Of a stretch of 64,000 nucleotides of DNA, positions 1-11,825 are shown in pieces. Under the pieces are notes generated by a model. The model saw only the letters and a program-made list of their open reading frames with translations. It was not told where the DNA came from and searched no databases. The position numbers and the translations under genes are program-made. The stretch's first letter is position 1. The number at the start of each line of letters is the position of its first letter. Location: assembly GCF_963921235.1 (NCBI RefSeq), contig NC_086108.1:25606001-25670000 (forward strand), written 5' to 3'. This DNA is from Mobula hypostoma (lineage: Eukaryota).

Positions 1-2059
1 GGGCAAAGTGCAACGTAATGTCAGCAGAAACGTTCAACTCACTGGACATCAGAGGAAGCTCCTGGAGAGAGCATGTGAGTACAACCTAAAACTGAACAAA
101 AGTAAATGTAGGATTAGAACTACAGAGATCAAATACATAGGTCATGTACTCATTGCTGATGGGCTAAAACCAGATGATGAAAAGGCCAGAGCTGTGGTAC
201 AGCTACCACCACTCGAAGACAAGCAAGAACTATTGAGGTTCATGGGCATGATACAGTATCTTGCTAAATTCATACCCAACTTATCAGAGGTCAGCGCTCC
301 ACTCTGAAAGCTACTAGAGAGCTACACTGAATGGCATTGGGAAGACGAACAGAAGAAAAGTTTTGACACATTGAAGCAGTTGGTTACCAATGCACCAGCA
401 CTCAAGTTCTATGATGTCAATAAACCGGTGATGATGTCTGTGGATGCCAGTTCGGAGGGAATAGGAGCTGTTATACTGCAGAATGGGAGGCTTGCTGTGT
501 ATGGATCACGAGCACTTACGGACTGTCAATGCCGATATGCTTAAATCGAGAAGGAATTACTCGCCATAGTTTATGGGTGTGAGAAGTTCCACCAATATGT
601 ATATGGCAAAGAAATCCAGGTTGAGAGTGATCACAAACCACTTGAGAGCATCTTCAAAAAGCCACTCCACCAAGTCCCTATGAGGCTGCAAAGGATGCTT
701 CTCACACGACAGCGGTACACTCTCACAGTCACCTACAAGCCAGGAAGAGAACTGTACATCGCTGATGCTTTGAGCCATGCTTACCTCAAAGAGCAAAAGG
801 AAGAGTTGCTAAGAAGAGAGCTGGAGGTCAACTGGGTTACACCTCAGCTCCCATCTCTGAGGAGAAGTTGAACATGACTGCAGATGATCCTGAAATGCAA
901 ATGCTAAGAGACATTACAATGAATGGATGGCCAACAGAAAGAAAAGATGTTCCAAAGGAAATGCAGAAATACTGGACATTTAAAGAGGAAATCAGCTATG
1001 CATCAGGATTAATGTTCAAAATGGCAAAACTCATCGTTCCAAAACAAATGAGACAGGACGTGCTCAACAGAATTCATGAGTCACACCTGGGGATAGTGAA
1101 ATGTAAAGAAAGAGCAAGAGACATTCTCTATTGGCCAGGCATGTCAACTCAGATAGAAGACATTGTGTCTCAGTGCACTGTCTGTAATGGAAACAAAAAC
1201 AGCAATCCAAGAGAGCCTCTGCTTCCTCACCCACTACCAGGAAGACCATGGGAAAAGATTGGCACAGATCTATTTCACTACAATGGTGAGAATATCTGCT
1301 TTGTGTGGACTACTATTCAAAATATCCGGAGATCAGCAAGTTAAGTGACACGTCCAATCGAGGTGTCATTACCAAAATGAAGTTGACATTCACAAGACAT
1401 GATATTCCAGACATTGTCGTTAGTGACAATGGTCCACAATATGCCAGTGGTTAGTTCAGAGGGTTCTCAGAAAGCTGGGAATTTCAACATGTTATTTCCA
1501 GTCCAGGGCACGCTCAGTCTAATGGACAAGCAGAGAGAACTGTACAAACTGTCAAGAACATGCTCAAGAAGGCACAAAGCAGCAACGGTGACCCTTACAT
1601 TGCTCTGCTTGAATACCGTAACACATCGATTGAGGGTGTGGGGTTCTCTCCTGCGCAGCTGTTGATGGGACGTCATCTGAAGTCCAAACTGCCAACATCC
1701 ACAACTCTACTGACTCCTGAAGGTAATGCTTACATGACAAGCAAAAGTTCAAGCAAATAAAGCAAACGAGCTACTATGACAGACATACAAGACAGTTGCC
1801 CGATCTGCATACAGGTGAAAATGGCAGAATACAGAGAGGAGACTCTTGGCAACCAGCTGTGGTTGTGAACAGACAGCAGCAACCAAGATCCTTCACAGTT
1901 CGCACGCCAGATGGAAGAGTTTACAGGAGGAACAGGAAGTATCTGCTGAAGACAGGCGAGAGGGAGTTTCCACGTACAGGTGCACAGGACATTTCCACAT
2001 ATACAGACATGGAAACAAACGACACCAAGAGTGATGCAGACTGCAAAGACAGTCTGTGA
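1..2059 (+). pseudogene. Gypsy pol pseudogene (RT C-term, RNase H, integrase)
   Basis: ORF pieces 8-307, 680-871, 868-1344, 1560-1760, 1796-2059 separated by stops and frameshifts. Confidence 0.92.
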
Positions 2060-2166
2060 GAGACTGACACGGATGAAGGACAAGCACAGTCACAGTTGTA
2101 TCACACACGGTCTGGGAGACAAGTCAAACTTCCAGCTCGATACAGAGACTAGACATACATACAGTC

Positions 2167-2213
2167 TCACACAGTTTGAGGCAAAGTCACACAGTTTGAG
2201 GCAAAGTCACACA
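2167..2213 (+). repeat. 20-bp tandem duplication (TCACACAGTTTGAGGCAAAG x2.3) in Gypsy A 3' UTR
   Basis: Directly visible perfect repeat. Confidence 0.9.
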
Positions 2214-2429
2214 TGTTATAAGTTCCAAGGTGTGAAATAAAAGGTTTATTAGTCTATGATAGGTAAAAGAAAATGTTAGTATTGTAAGATACAATGCACA
2301 ATACAGTACAAGAAGTTAAGATGGTTTTGTTTAGTTTATGTCATGGTTGTTGCACTGTAAGAAGAGCATACCTAGGGTCATTGTTTTGGTAATTCACAGT
2401 GTTGTTAAAAAAAACCTTGAGAAGGGGGA

Positions 2430-2563
2430 TGTAATGTATTGTGTGAGTATTCGTAGCATCAGAGTGCGTATGACGTCAGGATGTAGAGAGGTAAAAATGG
2501 AAGTCTATTGAACAAACGTGGTTGTTCAATCGACAGCAGTGTCTGAGTCACATCAATATTACA
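2430..2563 (+). repeat. 3' LTR of Gypsy A (about 134 bp)
   Basis: Starts TGTAAT right after the PPT and ends ATTACA (6-bp terminal inverted repeat); 5' LTR is outside the window, so the end is inferred. Confidence 0.7.
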
Positions 2564-2673
2564 TAAGCCACATACTGCCCATTCCACACCCCCACACCCA
2601 CCACCAATGTTGTCACCCCAATGTTGAAGATTTTGGGGGAATGACATTTTAAACTGTGATGAAGCTTTTCTTA

Positions 2674-2784
2674 CTGTCTTTCACACTGTAGGAGGTTGAT
2701 GCCACCAGAGTTATAGAGAAAAAGAGCAAGGCAGTTGCTGCTGGCTCTGCTGTCTTTCACACTGTAAGGGGCTGATGCCACTAG
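2674..2784 (+). repeat. Imperfect 35-bp direct repeat (2674-2708 and 2750-2784)
   Basis: CTGTCTTTCACACTGTAGGAGGTTGATGCCACCAG vs CTGTCTTTCACACTGTAAGGGGCTGATGCCACTAG. Confidence 0.8.
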
Positions 2785-3182
2785 TGTTTTTGGAATGTGA
2801 TCAATCCAACACCTCAGACAGTAGAGGGTTAATATTATTATCACCCATGGTACTAAGTCATCAATCCTCTTACTAGCATTCAGTCCGAGAAGAGTACAGC
2901 CCCACACTGAAGGTAGATGCAGAATTACATTTTACTTAATTCCCTAAAGGTTTTGAAATGCAAAACATTTTCATCCAAACTTTTTCTATGTTTCTAATTT
3001 TCATAATTTGTGTTTGCTATCTTGGGTGAGGTTGCAGATATCATTTCTGTGGCACTCCGTAATGAAAGCTACTAGAACAATACTCTTTCAATATATTGTA
3101 GAATATTGGAAGTCTGGATAGAAACCAAGTTGAGACAGAAGATGAAAGTATTTTGAGATCCTTAATTTTTCTGATCTACTTA

Positions 3183-4630
3183 CAATGCCTATAAAAAGTA
3201 TTCACCTCCCCCCTTGGAAGCCTTCAGGTTTTATTGTTTCACAACATTAAATCACAATGGATTTAGTTTGGCTTTCTTGACACTGATCATTAGAAAAAAA
3301 ACTCTTTCATGTCAAAGTGGAAACCAATCTCTACAAATTTGCATTCAAGGTGTTTCAATTGGTTGTAGTAAAAATACATCTGTATCTGGAAGGTCCAACT
3401 GCTGGTGAGTCAGTATCCTGGTATAAGCTACACCATAAAGACAAAAGAGCAAACAAATAAGTCCATGAAAAGGTTATTGAAAAGCAACAAGTTTGGGGAT
3501 GGATACAAGAAATTTCCAAGTCACTGAATATCCCTTGGAGTACAGTTAAGTCAATCATCAAGAAACGGAAAGAATATGGCACAACTGTAAATCTCCCTAG
3601 AGCAGGCCATCCTCAAAACTAAGTGACCATGCAAGAAGGGGACTAGTGAGGGAGGTCACCAAGAGATCTATGACAACTCTGGAGGAGTTATAAGCTTCAG
3701 AGGCTGAGATGGGAGAGACTGTGCATACAACAACTGTTGCCCGGGTGCTTCACCAGTCGCAGATTGATGGGAGAGTGGCAAAGAGAAAGCTGCTTTTGGG
3801 AAAAAAAAACTCACATGAAATCTCGGCTACAGCTTGCCAGAAGACATGTGGGACACCCTGGAAAAATGTTCTATGGTCTGATGAAACCAAACTTAAACAT
3901 TTTGGCATCACCACTATGTTTGGCATGAGCACATTATCAAAAACACAACGTCCCTATCATGAAGTATGGTGGAAGCTGCATCCTGCTGTGGGGTTGCTTC
4001 ACTGTAGCAGGCCCTGGAAGGCTAGTGAAGGTAAAATGAATGCCGCAAAATACAATGAAATCCTGGAAGGAAAAACTGATGCAGAGTGCAGGAGAAGTGC
4101 AACTTGGAAGAAGATTTGTTTTCCAGTAAGAACATGATCCCAAGTATAAAACCAAAGCTACACAGGAATGGCTTAAGAACAACAAAGTTAATGTCCTGGT
4201 CACAGTCTAAACAATCCAATTGAGAATTTGTGGATGAACTTGAAAAGGACGGTTCACTCACGATCCCCATGCAATCTGACAGAGCTTGAGCAGTTTTGTA
4301 AAGAAGAGAGGGGAAAGATTGCAGCATCCAGATGTGCAAAGCTGGTAGAGTCTTATCCACACAGACTCAAGGCTGTAATTGCTGCCAAAGGCGCATCTAC
4401 TAAATACTGATTTGTAGGGGTGAGTAATTATGCAATCAATTATTTTGTATTTAATAATTGTAATAAATTTAGACCAATTTGTAGAAAATTGTTTTCACTT
4501 TGACACGAAAGAGTCTTTTTCTGTTGATCAGTATCAAAAAAATCCAAATTAAATCCACTGTGCTTTAATGTTGTTGATCAATAAAACATGAAAACCTCTG
4601 GGGGGGGGGGAATACTTTTTATAGGCACTG
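3183..4630 (+). mobile_element. Tc1-like DNA transposon, both ends present, inactive
   Basis: TA flanks at 3181-82 and 4631-32; long TIRs (CAATGCCTATAAAAAGTATTC.. / ..GAATACTTTTTATAGGCACTG) matching over about 160 bp; transposase remnants inside. Confidence 0.95.
3435..4410 (+). pseudogene. Tc1 transposase pseudogene
   Basis: Start codon decayed to ATA; HTH (GYKKFPSH/IPWSTVKSIIKK-like), WKNVLWSDETK and C-terminal YPHRLKAVIAAKGASTKY*; many frameshifts. Confidence 0.92.
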
Positions 4631-4953
4631 TAAATCAGCTGATTATACAAAGTGACTAAATTAATTTCAAATAAGGGTAGAGCAGCAGGGAAAGTGGGTA
4701 GCATTGTTATGCAAGTTGCATATTGGACAGACAATGGTTATATTATTATGAACTACATCAAATCAAAATCGTATGTACTATGAATCTCATAAAATTTGCG
4801 CGGGAAAATTGTTTAAAGACAGATTATTTCCCATTCTAAACCAAGAGAGTTTTGATTAAAAGCACAAAAGGATGGACGTGCAATATTTTCATGTTTCATT
4901 AATGACATTCCAAATCACTTTACCATGTACTTGCGTTATTTTGCAGCATAACC

Positions 4954-5587
4954 TATTATAGCGAGAGGATTCGAGTACAGGAGCAGGGAGGTACTACTGC
5001 AGTTGTACAAGGCCTTGGTGAGACCACACCTGGAGTATTGTGTGCAGTTTTGGTCCCCTAATCTGAGGAAAGACATCTTTGCCATAGAGGGAGTACAAAG
5101 AAGGTTCACCAGATTGATTCCTGGGATGGCAGGTCTTTCATATGAAGAAAGACTGGATGAACTGGGCTTGTACTCGTTGGAATTTAGAAGATTGAGGGGG
5201 GATCTGATTGAAACGTATAAGATCCTAAAGGGATTGGACAGGCTAGATGCAGGAAGATTGTTCCCGATGTTGGGGAGGTCTAGAACGAGGGGTCACAGTT
5301 TGAGGATAGAGGGGAAGCCTTTTAGGACCGAGGTTAGGAAAAACTTCTTCACACAGAGAGTGGTGAATCTGTGGAATTCTCTGCCACAGCAAACTGTTGA
5401 GGCCAGTTCATTAGCTATGTTTAAAAGGAAGTTAGATATGGCCCTTGTGGCTACAGGGGTCAGGGGGTATGGAGGGAAGGCTGGGTTCTGAGTTGGATGA
5501 TCAGCCATGATCATAATAAATGGCGGTGCAGGCTCGAAGGGCCGAATGGCCTACTCCTGCACCTATTTTCTATGTTTCTATGTTTCT
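4954..5587 (+). mobile_element. Young 5'-truncated CR1 LINE (ORF2 C-terminus + 3' UTR)
   Basis: ORF 5003-5491 LVRPHLEYCVQFWSP..TRGHS..FFTQRVVNLWN; (TTTCTATG)n tail; TSD ATAACC at 4948-53 and 5588-93. Confidence 0.95.
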
Positions 5588-5845
5588 ATAACCACAATTG
5601 TAATGCAGGAAACACAACAGCCAATTTACTGACTACACACTCCCACCAACAGCAATATGACAATGATAAGATAACCTTTTTTAATAATGTTCAATGATAG
5701 AACTACCTTGCTCTTTTTCTCTAGAGCACAAATGGATCTTTTATATGTCCGGAGGTAGCAGATGGAATTAAAATTTTCCACCCAAAAGGGAGCACCCAAA
5801 ATGATTCCTCAATATTGCAGTGGTGTGTGAGTCCAGGTTTATTGA

Positions 5846-7515
5846 ACAGTACAGCACAATGCAGGCTCTTAGCCCCATGATGTTGTGCCAACCTTTTAAC
5901 CGACTCTAAGATCAATTTAAATCTTTCCTCCCATGTAGCCCTCCATTTACCATCCATGCCTATCTACTAGTTACTAGTCTCTTAAATGTCCCTAATTTAT
6001 CTGCTCTACCACCAACCCTGGAAGATTGTTCCATGAACTCTCTGCTCTCGGTTAAAAAAACTTACTTCCAATGTTCCCACTGTTCTTTCCTACAGTAACC
6101 TTAAAATTATGCTCCCTCATATTTGTCTCTGCCCTGGGTAAAAGTCTTTGGCTGTCCATGCAATCTATGCCTCTTATCATCGTCTGCACCTCTATCAAAT
6201 CATCTTTGATCCTCCTTCTCTCCAAAAAGAAAAGCCCTTGCTCATTTTTAGCCAGAGGGTGGTGAATCTATGGAATTTGTTGCCACGGCTGGCAGTGGAG
6301 GCCAAGTCATTGGGTGTATTTAAGGCAGAGATTGATAAGTATCTGAGTAGCCAGGGCATCAAAGGTTATGCTGAGAAGGCGGGGGAGTGGGACTAAATGG
6401 GAGAACGGATCAGCTCATGATAAAATGGCAGAGCAGACTCGATGGGCCGAATGGCCGATTTCTGCTCCTTTGTCTTATAAGACATGTTCTCTAATCCAGG
6501 CAGCATCCTGGTAAACCTCTGCACCATCTCCAAACTTCCACATCCTTCCTATAATGAGGCAATCAGAACTGAACACCATACTTCAAGTGTGGTCTAACCA
6601 GGCTTTTAAACTCAGTTCCCCAACTAATGAAGACCAACACATCATACACCTTCTTAACAACTCTATCAATTTGCTCGGCAACTTTGAGGGATTGATGGAC
6701 ATAGATCCCAAGATCCCTCTGTTCCTCTATAATTCTAGAAAGCCTGCCATTAACCATGTATCTTGTCTTCAAATTCAAATTCCCAAAATGAATAACTTCA
6801 TACCTTTCTGGAATAAGCTCATTCTGGGCTGAGATCCTCAGCCCAGCTTTGTGTCCTATCAATGTCATATTGTAAACCTTGTCAGCCTTCTACACTATCC
6901 ACAACTCAATCAACCTTCATGTCATCTGCAAACTTGCATATTATTTATAAGTATCACAAACAGCAAGAGGCCCAGAAGAGGACCCTGTGAAACACCACTG
7001 GTCACCAACCCTCAGGCAGACGACTCTCCATTTACAACCTCCCTCTGTCTTCCAATTCTGAAAACACACAGTCAAGTTCATCTGAATTCTATGCCTTCTG
7101 ACTTTATGAGTAAGCCTACCATAGGGAACCTTATCAAACATCTTACCAAAATCCGTATACTGTACACCATATCCACTGCTCTACCTTCATCAACATGTTT
7201 GTCACATCCTCAAAGAATTGAATCAAGTTTGTGAGGTAAGACCTACCCCTCATAAAGCTATGCACGCTATCCCGAATCAGACAATGCTTGTGAATCCTGT
7301 TTCTAAAAGCATTTTCCAATCATTTGCCTACCACTAAATTAAGTCTCACTGGTTTATAACTCCCAGGGTTATCCCTACTCCCTTTCCTGAACAGAGACAC
7401 AACATTTGTCACAGTGCTGCCACCTGGTATGCCTCCTGTGGCCAATGAGGATACAAAGATCATCGCCAAAGGTGCAGCAAAATCTTCACTTGCTTCCTGC
7501 AGTAACCTGGGACGT
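5846..7515 (-). mobile_element. Older CR1 LINE fragment (RT region to 3' end)
   Basis: Minus-strand YKPVRLNLVVGK, FDKVPYGRL, LVRPHLKYGVQF with stops and deletions. Confidence 0.9.
6246..6478 (+). mobile_element. Short CR1 3' end inserted in the opposite-strand CR1
   Basis: FSQRVVNLWNLLP..GEWD; near-identical to the reverse complement of about 15266-15500. Confidence 0.9.
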
Positions 7516-8731
7516 TCTTTGGTCTCCAAAGTGGGCACTGAATATGGAACCTTCTGACTTGGAGATGAAAATGTTATCGATAGAAATGTGAATTCGGGAA
7601 TGCATAGATTATAGTATGGCTGCTTGCTAACTAATGATTAGAGAATGCTTTAGATGAGAGAGTTGGTGCAGTTAAAGAAGAAACATTCTCAGTAAAATGT
7701 ACAGTACCTCTCCACATGAAAATATGCAATGTTATCCTACAAAACATTGCAATGGGCCACACTCAGAACATTATTTTCCTGCCATACTTTGTTGATGATG
7801 GCAATGGATTCACCTTGTACAAGCAAGGTCTCGCACAACAAAAACAATAGTCTCTTATTATCCTGGGTCCAGATGATGTCAAATTTGCCCAGTTTATAAT
7901 ACAGCGTGGAGTTGGGAATACTGGGACAACAAGCAAGTTGTAAAGTTGTCTGTAAAGATACATTTCACAGTTTTATTTCTCGAATGCTTGCATTCTCTAA
8001 GGAACATTTATTCTCCATTCAACCAGAAAAGATTGGCATCTCTCTTTGAACACAATCAATGTCCAGTCATCCAGTAATCTGTAAATTTCATCCATTGACA
8101 GGGTCTTGGAACTTTTGAAGGAAATGATGCCTCATCATTGACTCAACCTTTGGCTTGTGGATGCACTGATGCGAGGTCACAAAGGAATCACAAGTTCAGC
8201 CGCAGCACTTAAATCCCATTTTTATTTTAACATGTTATTTTATCTCAGTATATAAAGTGTGGTTGTTGTCACCACTGTATCAGCCAATGAACCAGCCAGG
8301 GTCTGCACATGCTTGTCTTTCTTCTGAATGTTCTGATTGAATCACATATGCTTTTGAGGGCACTGGACAAGACAGATGTACAAGATGTTCCCTTGGTGGG
8401 GGCATATTAAACTTGGGGGCATTGTAATGAAAGAATCTATTTCTGTTAGAGCAATGAATCCCCCCTTAGCATTATGTACTGATCTGTTGTGTGCGCATGC
8501 ACATTGTTCTCTCTCTCTCATTGCAATGTGAAAACACCAGTTAAAGCATTTCAAGTATGCATACTTCTATTTAACATGTATGTACCGGTGCACAGACACA
8601 ACAAATTGGCGACTAGTTCGAACCTGAATGTCAGAGAATATCACAGTTATGGGATGAAAGAATGAGAAAGTTGAAGGACGTGTGAGTAACAGTGAAAGAC
8701 CGGCTGAAATTAAAGTGAAAATAATGTGGTG

Positions 8732-11030
8732 ATGGCTTCAGTCAGGAAGGTTGATGGATCTGAAAGTGTTAAAGAAGGCTGAGAGTCATATATCAAGAGG
8801 GTGGAACTGTGCTGTGAAGCAAACAGCATGGAGAAGCAAAAGAAAGTCCCTACACTTCTTAGTTTAATGGGTGCAAGAATGTATAGTCCCTTATGCAAAC
8901 TAGTAACCCCTGTAAAGCCAGTGAGAAAAACATTTGATGAAATTGTTACAATTTTACAAAAATACTTAAGCCTTAAACTCCTGGTAATAGATGAGAAATT
9001 TAGGTTTTACAAAAGAAACCAATAAAAAGATGAAAGCCTTTTTGAATACCAGTTCATTAGCTATGTTTAAAAGGAAGTTAGATATGGCCCTTGTGGCTAC
9101 AGGGGTCAGGGGGTATGGAGGGAAGGCTGGGTTCTGAGTTGGATGATCAGCCATGATCATAATAAATGGCGGTGCAGGCTCGAAGGGCCGAATGGCCTAC
9201 TCCTGCACCTATTTTCTATGTTTCTATGTTTCTATACAATGCAGAACTGCGTAAACTATCCCAGTACTGTGACTTTAGAGATGGACTTTCTGATACATTA
9301 AGGGACAGGCTTGAATGTGGCATGCATAGTCAAAACACTCAAATGAGGCTACTGGCCGAAGCAGATCTAACCTCCAAATGGGCATTGACTATTGCAATAT
9401 CATTAGAGCCTGCAGCAAAGGATGCAGCAGAACTACAGAAATGGAGGTTAGGATGTGAAATGCACAAAGTGTTCCTGAATGATGCAATAAGTCAAAAATG
9501 TTATCGATGTGGCAAATCCTTCCATATTGCAAATGACTGTTGGTTCAAAGAAAAAGTCTGCAGAAAGAATCACAGACAAGCTCACACAGAGGTAATGTGC
9601 AAGGCAGACAAAAAAAAAACGAGTGAAAAGTCTCAAACACCAAGCTAAGTAAATACATAGAGTTACCAAATGTAAAACAGAATCAGACATCATAGACTCT
9701 GACAAAGATGAATTGTCATGCCTAGAAATGCATAGTGTAACTGAAGGAGATCACAAAATTATTTGGATCACAATAGATGTGTCTGGTTTAAAACTGCAAA
9801 TGGAGATGGATACAGGGTCAGCTTTGCCCATAATTCCAGAGGCTGACCACAGCAGATTGTTTTCTAAGATACCATTAGGGAAGACTACAGTGATGCTAAA
9901 GACATGTGAAAATCTGTCTCCCAAAGGCAAACTGAAAGTAAATGTGACATATGGAAGCCAAACACAACAGTTAGAACTTCATGTATTGAAAAGTGAAGGG
10001 CCAGCACTTTTCAAAGGTGAATGGTTGAGAAAACTACAACCAGACTGGCACTCAATCAAAGCTCTCAGTTAAGTATCCAGTATCTGGTCCACATGACATC
10101 TCCGTGTTTGATCTCCAACATCCACTGTGTATATCAGTGATTCAGTTCTTGGCATCAACAGACAACTGCAGCCCAAATTGTAGCATTAACCAGAGGCTGT
10201 CTCAGCTGCGTAATGCTAATGAGAAGGTGTTTGAGAAGGGAATAGATAAACAAATCGAAGACTTGGCCAAAAGCTGTTTGGGATGCCGAGAAGTTCAAAA
10301 TGCACCCCACAGTCTCTGTTACACCCGTGATAGTGGTCATTGTAACCATGGCAAAAAGTACTTACCGACTTTGCTGGGCCATTCATTGACTCCATGTTTC
10401 CAATCGCTGTGGATGCTCATTTGAAGTGACCGGGGATTATACCAATGAAGTCAACCACCTCAGCAGACTGTCTGCTCCGAGGACTATCTATGCCAGAAAT
10501 GGTTTACCAGAACAAGTTGTGAGTGACAACGGACCACAATACACATCAGAAGAATTACAACTGTTCATGAAGAAAAATGGCATCAGACATTTCAAGTCAT
10601 CTCCTCACCACCTAGCAATGAATGGGTTAGCTGAAAGGTTTATCTAAACCTTCAAAACATCCATTGAAGTGATGGACAAGGAGGGCATTTCTCTATAGCA
10701 CAAGGTGAACAACTTCCTTTTTGTGTATTAGAACTCTGTTCATGCGATGACAAATCAAACACCTGCAATGCTGTTCATGATCAGGAATCTAAGATCTTGT
10801 ATAGACCTCTTGAAACCAGATCTATGGAAGGAAGTGCAGAATAATCATTTCAGCCAGTTATCAAGTGAAGCAGCAAGGAGCTTCAGAATTGGACAGGACG
10901 TCCTAGCATGAAGACAAGTAGACACCTGGTGGGATAGCTAGAAGAACTAGACCACTGATGTACACAGTGGATATTGGTGATCAGTCATAGAGACGTCATG
11001 TGGACCAGATACTGGATGCTTAATTGAAGA
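8732..11030 (+). pseudogene. gag-protease-integrase pseudogene of Gypsy B (no RT/RNase H)
   Basis: Gag ESYIKRVEL..EKFRFYKRNQ; CCHC knuckle CYRCGKSFHIANDC; protease MDTGSA; integrase GLPEQVVSDNGPQYTS..NGLAERF. Confidence 0.9.
9050..9233 (+). mobile_element. Young CR1 3' fragment inserted in Gypsy B gag
   Basis: 9049-9236 is identical to 5403-5590; TSD ATAC at 9046-49 and 9234-37; gag frame rejoins as ..FEY/NAELRKL. Confidence 0.95.
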
Positions 11031-11503
11031 CTGAGTGAACTGCATCCAATAAGATGGGCACTTTACAACCACCAGACCTGCCTCTCAGGATGATATCACT
11101 GATAGTAATGTGACAATGAAAACCCAGAACATTGTCCCAGACAACTACCAAACCTGATGCCACTCCACAGGTCCAGAGGGGCTATCCAGAAAAAAAACAG
11201 AGCACCACCCAAAACTCTAAAGCTTTAGAACTGTGAAGTTAGTTATGGACTGTTATTGTGAAAGCATGTTTATTTAGAAATGGGTTTATGAAAGGGAAAT
11301 TGAATGTTTTGTACATATACAGCTTTATATTGCATTAATCTGAAGGAGGGGGAAGTGTAATATATAGACCTATTTCTTTTAGAGCGATGACCCCCTCCCC
11401 CCTTAGCTCTACGTATTGATCTGTTATCTATGCATGAGCATTGTTTTTTCTCCTTTTTTCTCTTTTCACTTCTCCTCTCTGTGTCTGTATCTGTCCCTCC
11501 CTC

Positions 11504-11559
11504 TGGACCCCTTACTTAATGGTATTGGTGTGTTGTATGAGAAAGGTTGGGAACCCCTG
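11504..11559. mobile_element. Right end of a small hAT (Charlie-like) MITE
   Basis: Ends AAAGGTTGGGAACCCCTG, the reverse complement of a CAGGGGTTCCCAACC hAT-type TIR; left TIR not found. Confidence 0.55.
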
Positions 11560-11825
11560 GTCTGGATAAAAGAACCAACCATAAGAGTGAGATGAAGTGG
11601 AAGCTCTTCTTCCAGGGATTTTCAAATCATTCTTCACTTTGAAGAGCTCTAGATGCTGACTTTAAATATATTTAAGGCTGAGATTGCTTGTCTTTTGGGT
11701 TGTAGAGAGAAGACCAGACAGGAGAGTGAAAATGAGTCTAGCAATTAGTTCAGCCATAATCTTACTATGTGGTGTTGCTGGTTCAGTGACCATAACTTTG
11801 ACTCCTGATCCTATTTCTTATTTTC
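11560..11825 (+). mobile_element. Highly decayed CR1 3' end
   Basis: ATATATTTAAGGCTGAGATTG, CAGCCATAATCTTA, ACTCCTGATCCTATTTCTTAT match the CR1 3' ends elsewhere in the window. Confidence 0.7.

Larger units (their letters stand above)
1..2563 (+). mobile_element. Ty3/Gypsy LTR retrotransposon A (K02A2.6-like), 3' half, cut by window start
   Basis: RT-RNase H-integrase order in broken ORFs (LKLNKSKC..IKYIGH; VDASSEGIGAV; IHESHLGIVKCKERAR..YWPGM..CTVC; SDNGPQY), then polypurine tract GAGAAGGGGGA 2419-2429 and a TG..CA LTR. Confidence 0.95.
4900..7580 (-). mobile_element. Ancient Deu-domain SINE (SacSINE1/AmnSINE-like) split into three pieces (about 4900-4953, 5588-5845, 7520-7580)
   Basis: TTGTAATGCAGGAAACACAACAGCCAATTT..CTCCCACCAACAGCAAT and tRNA-head remnant AACCTTCTGACTTGGAGATGAAAATGTTA; colinear with the second copy at 36405-37050; family name from recalled consensus. 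Confidence 0.7.
8423..11452 (+). mobile_element. Ty3/Gypsy LTR retrotransposon B, internally deleted and old
   Basis: 5' LTR 8423-8603 (TGTAAT..CAACA); PBS-like TGGCGACTAG 8607-16 (resembles the tRNA-Ser(GCT) PBS TGGCGACGAG); PPT GAAGGAGGGGGAAG 11342-55; diverged, truncated 3' LTR from 11356. Confidence 0.92.

Noticed and set aside
9166..9648. 160-aa ORF with a zinc knuckle as a possible novel gene
   Set aside because: Chimera: the N-terminus is CR1 3' UTR read through into Gypsy gag
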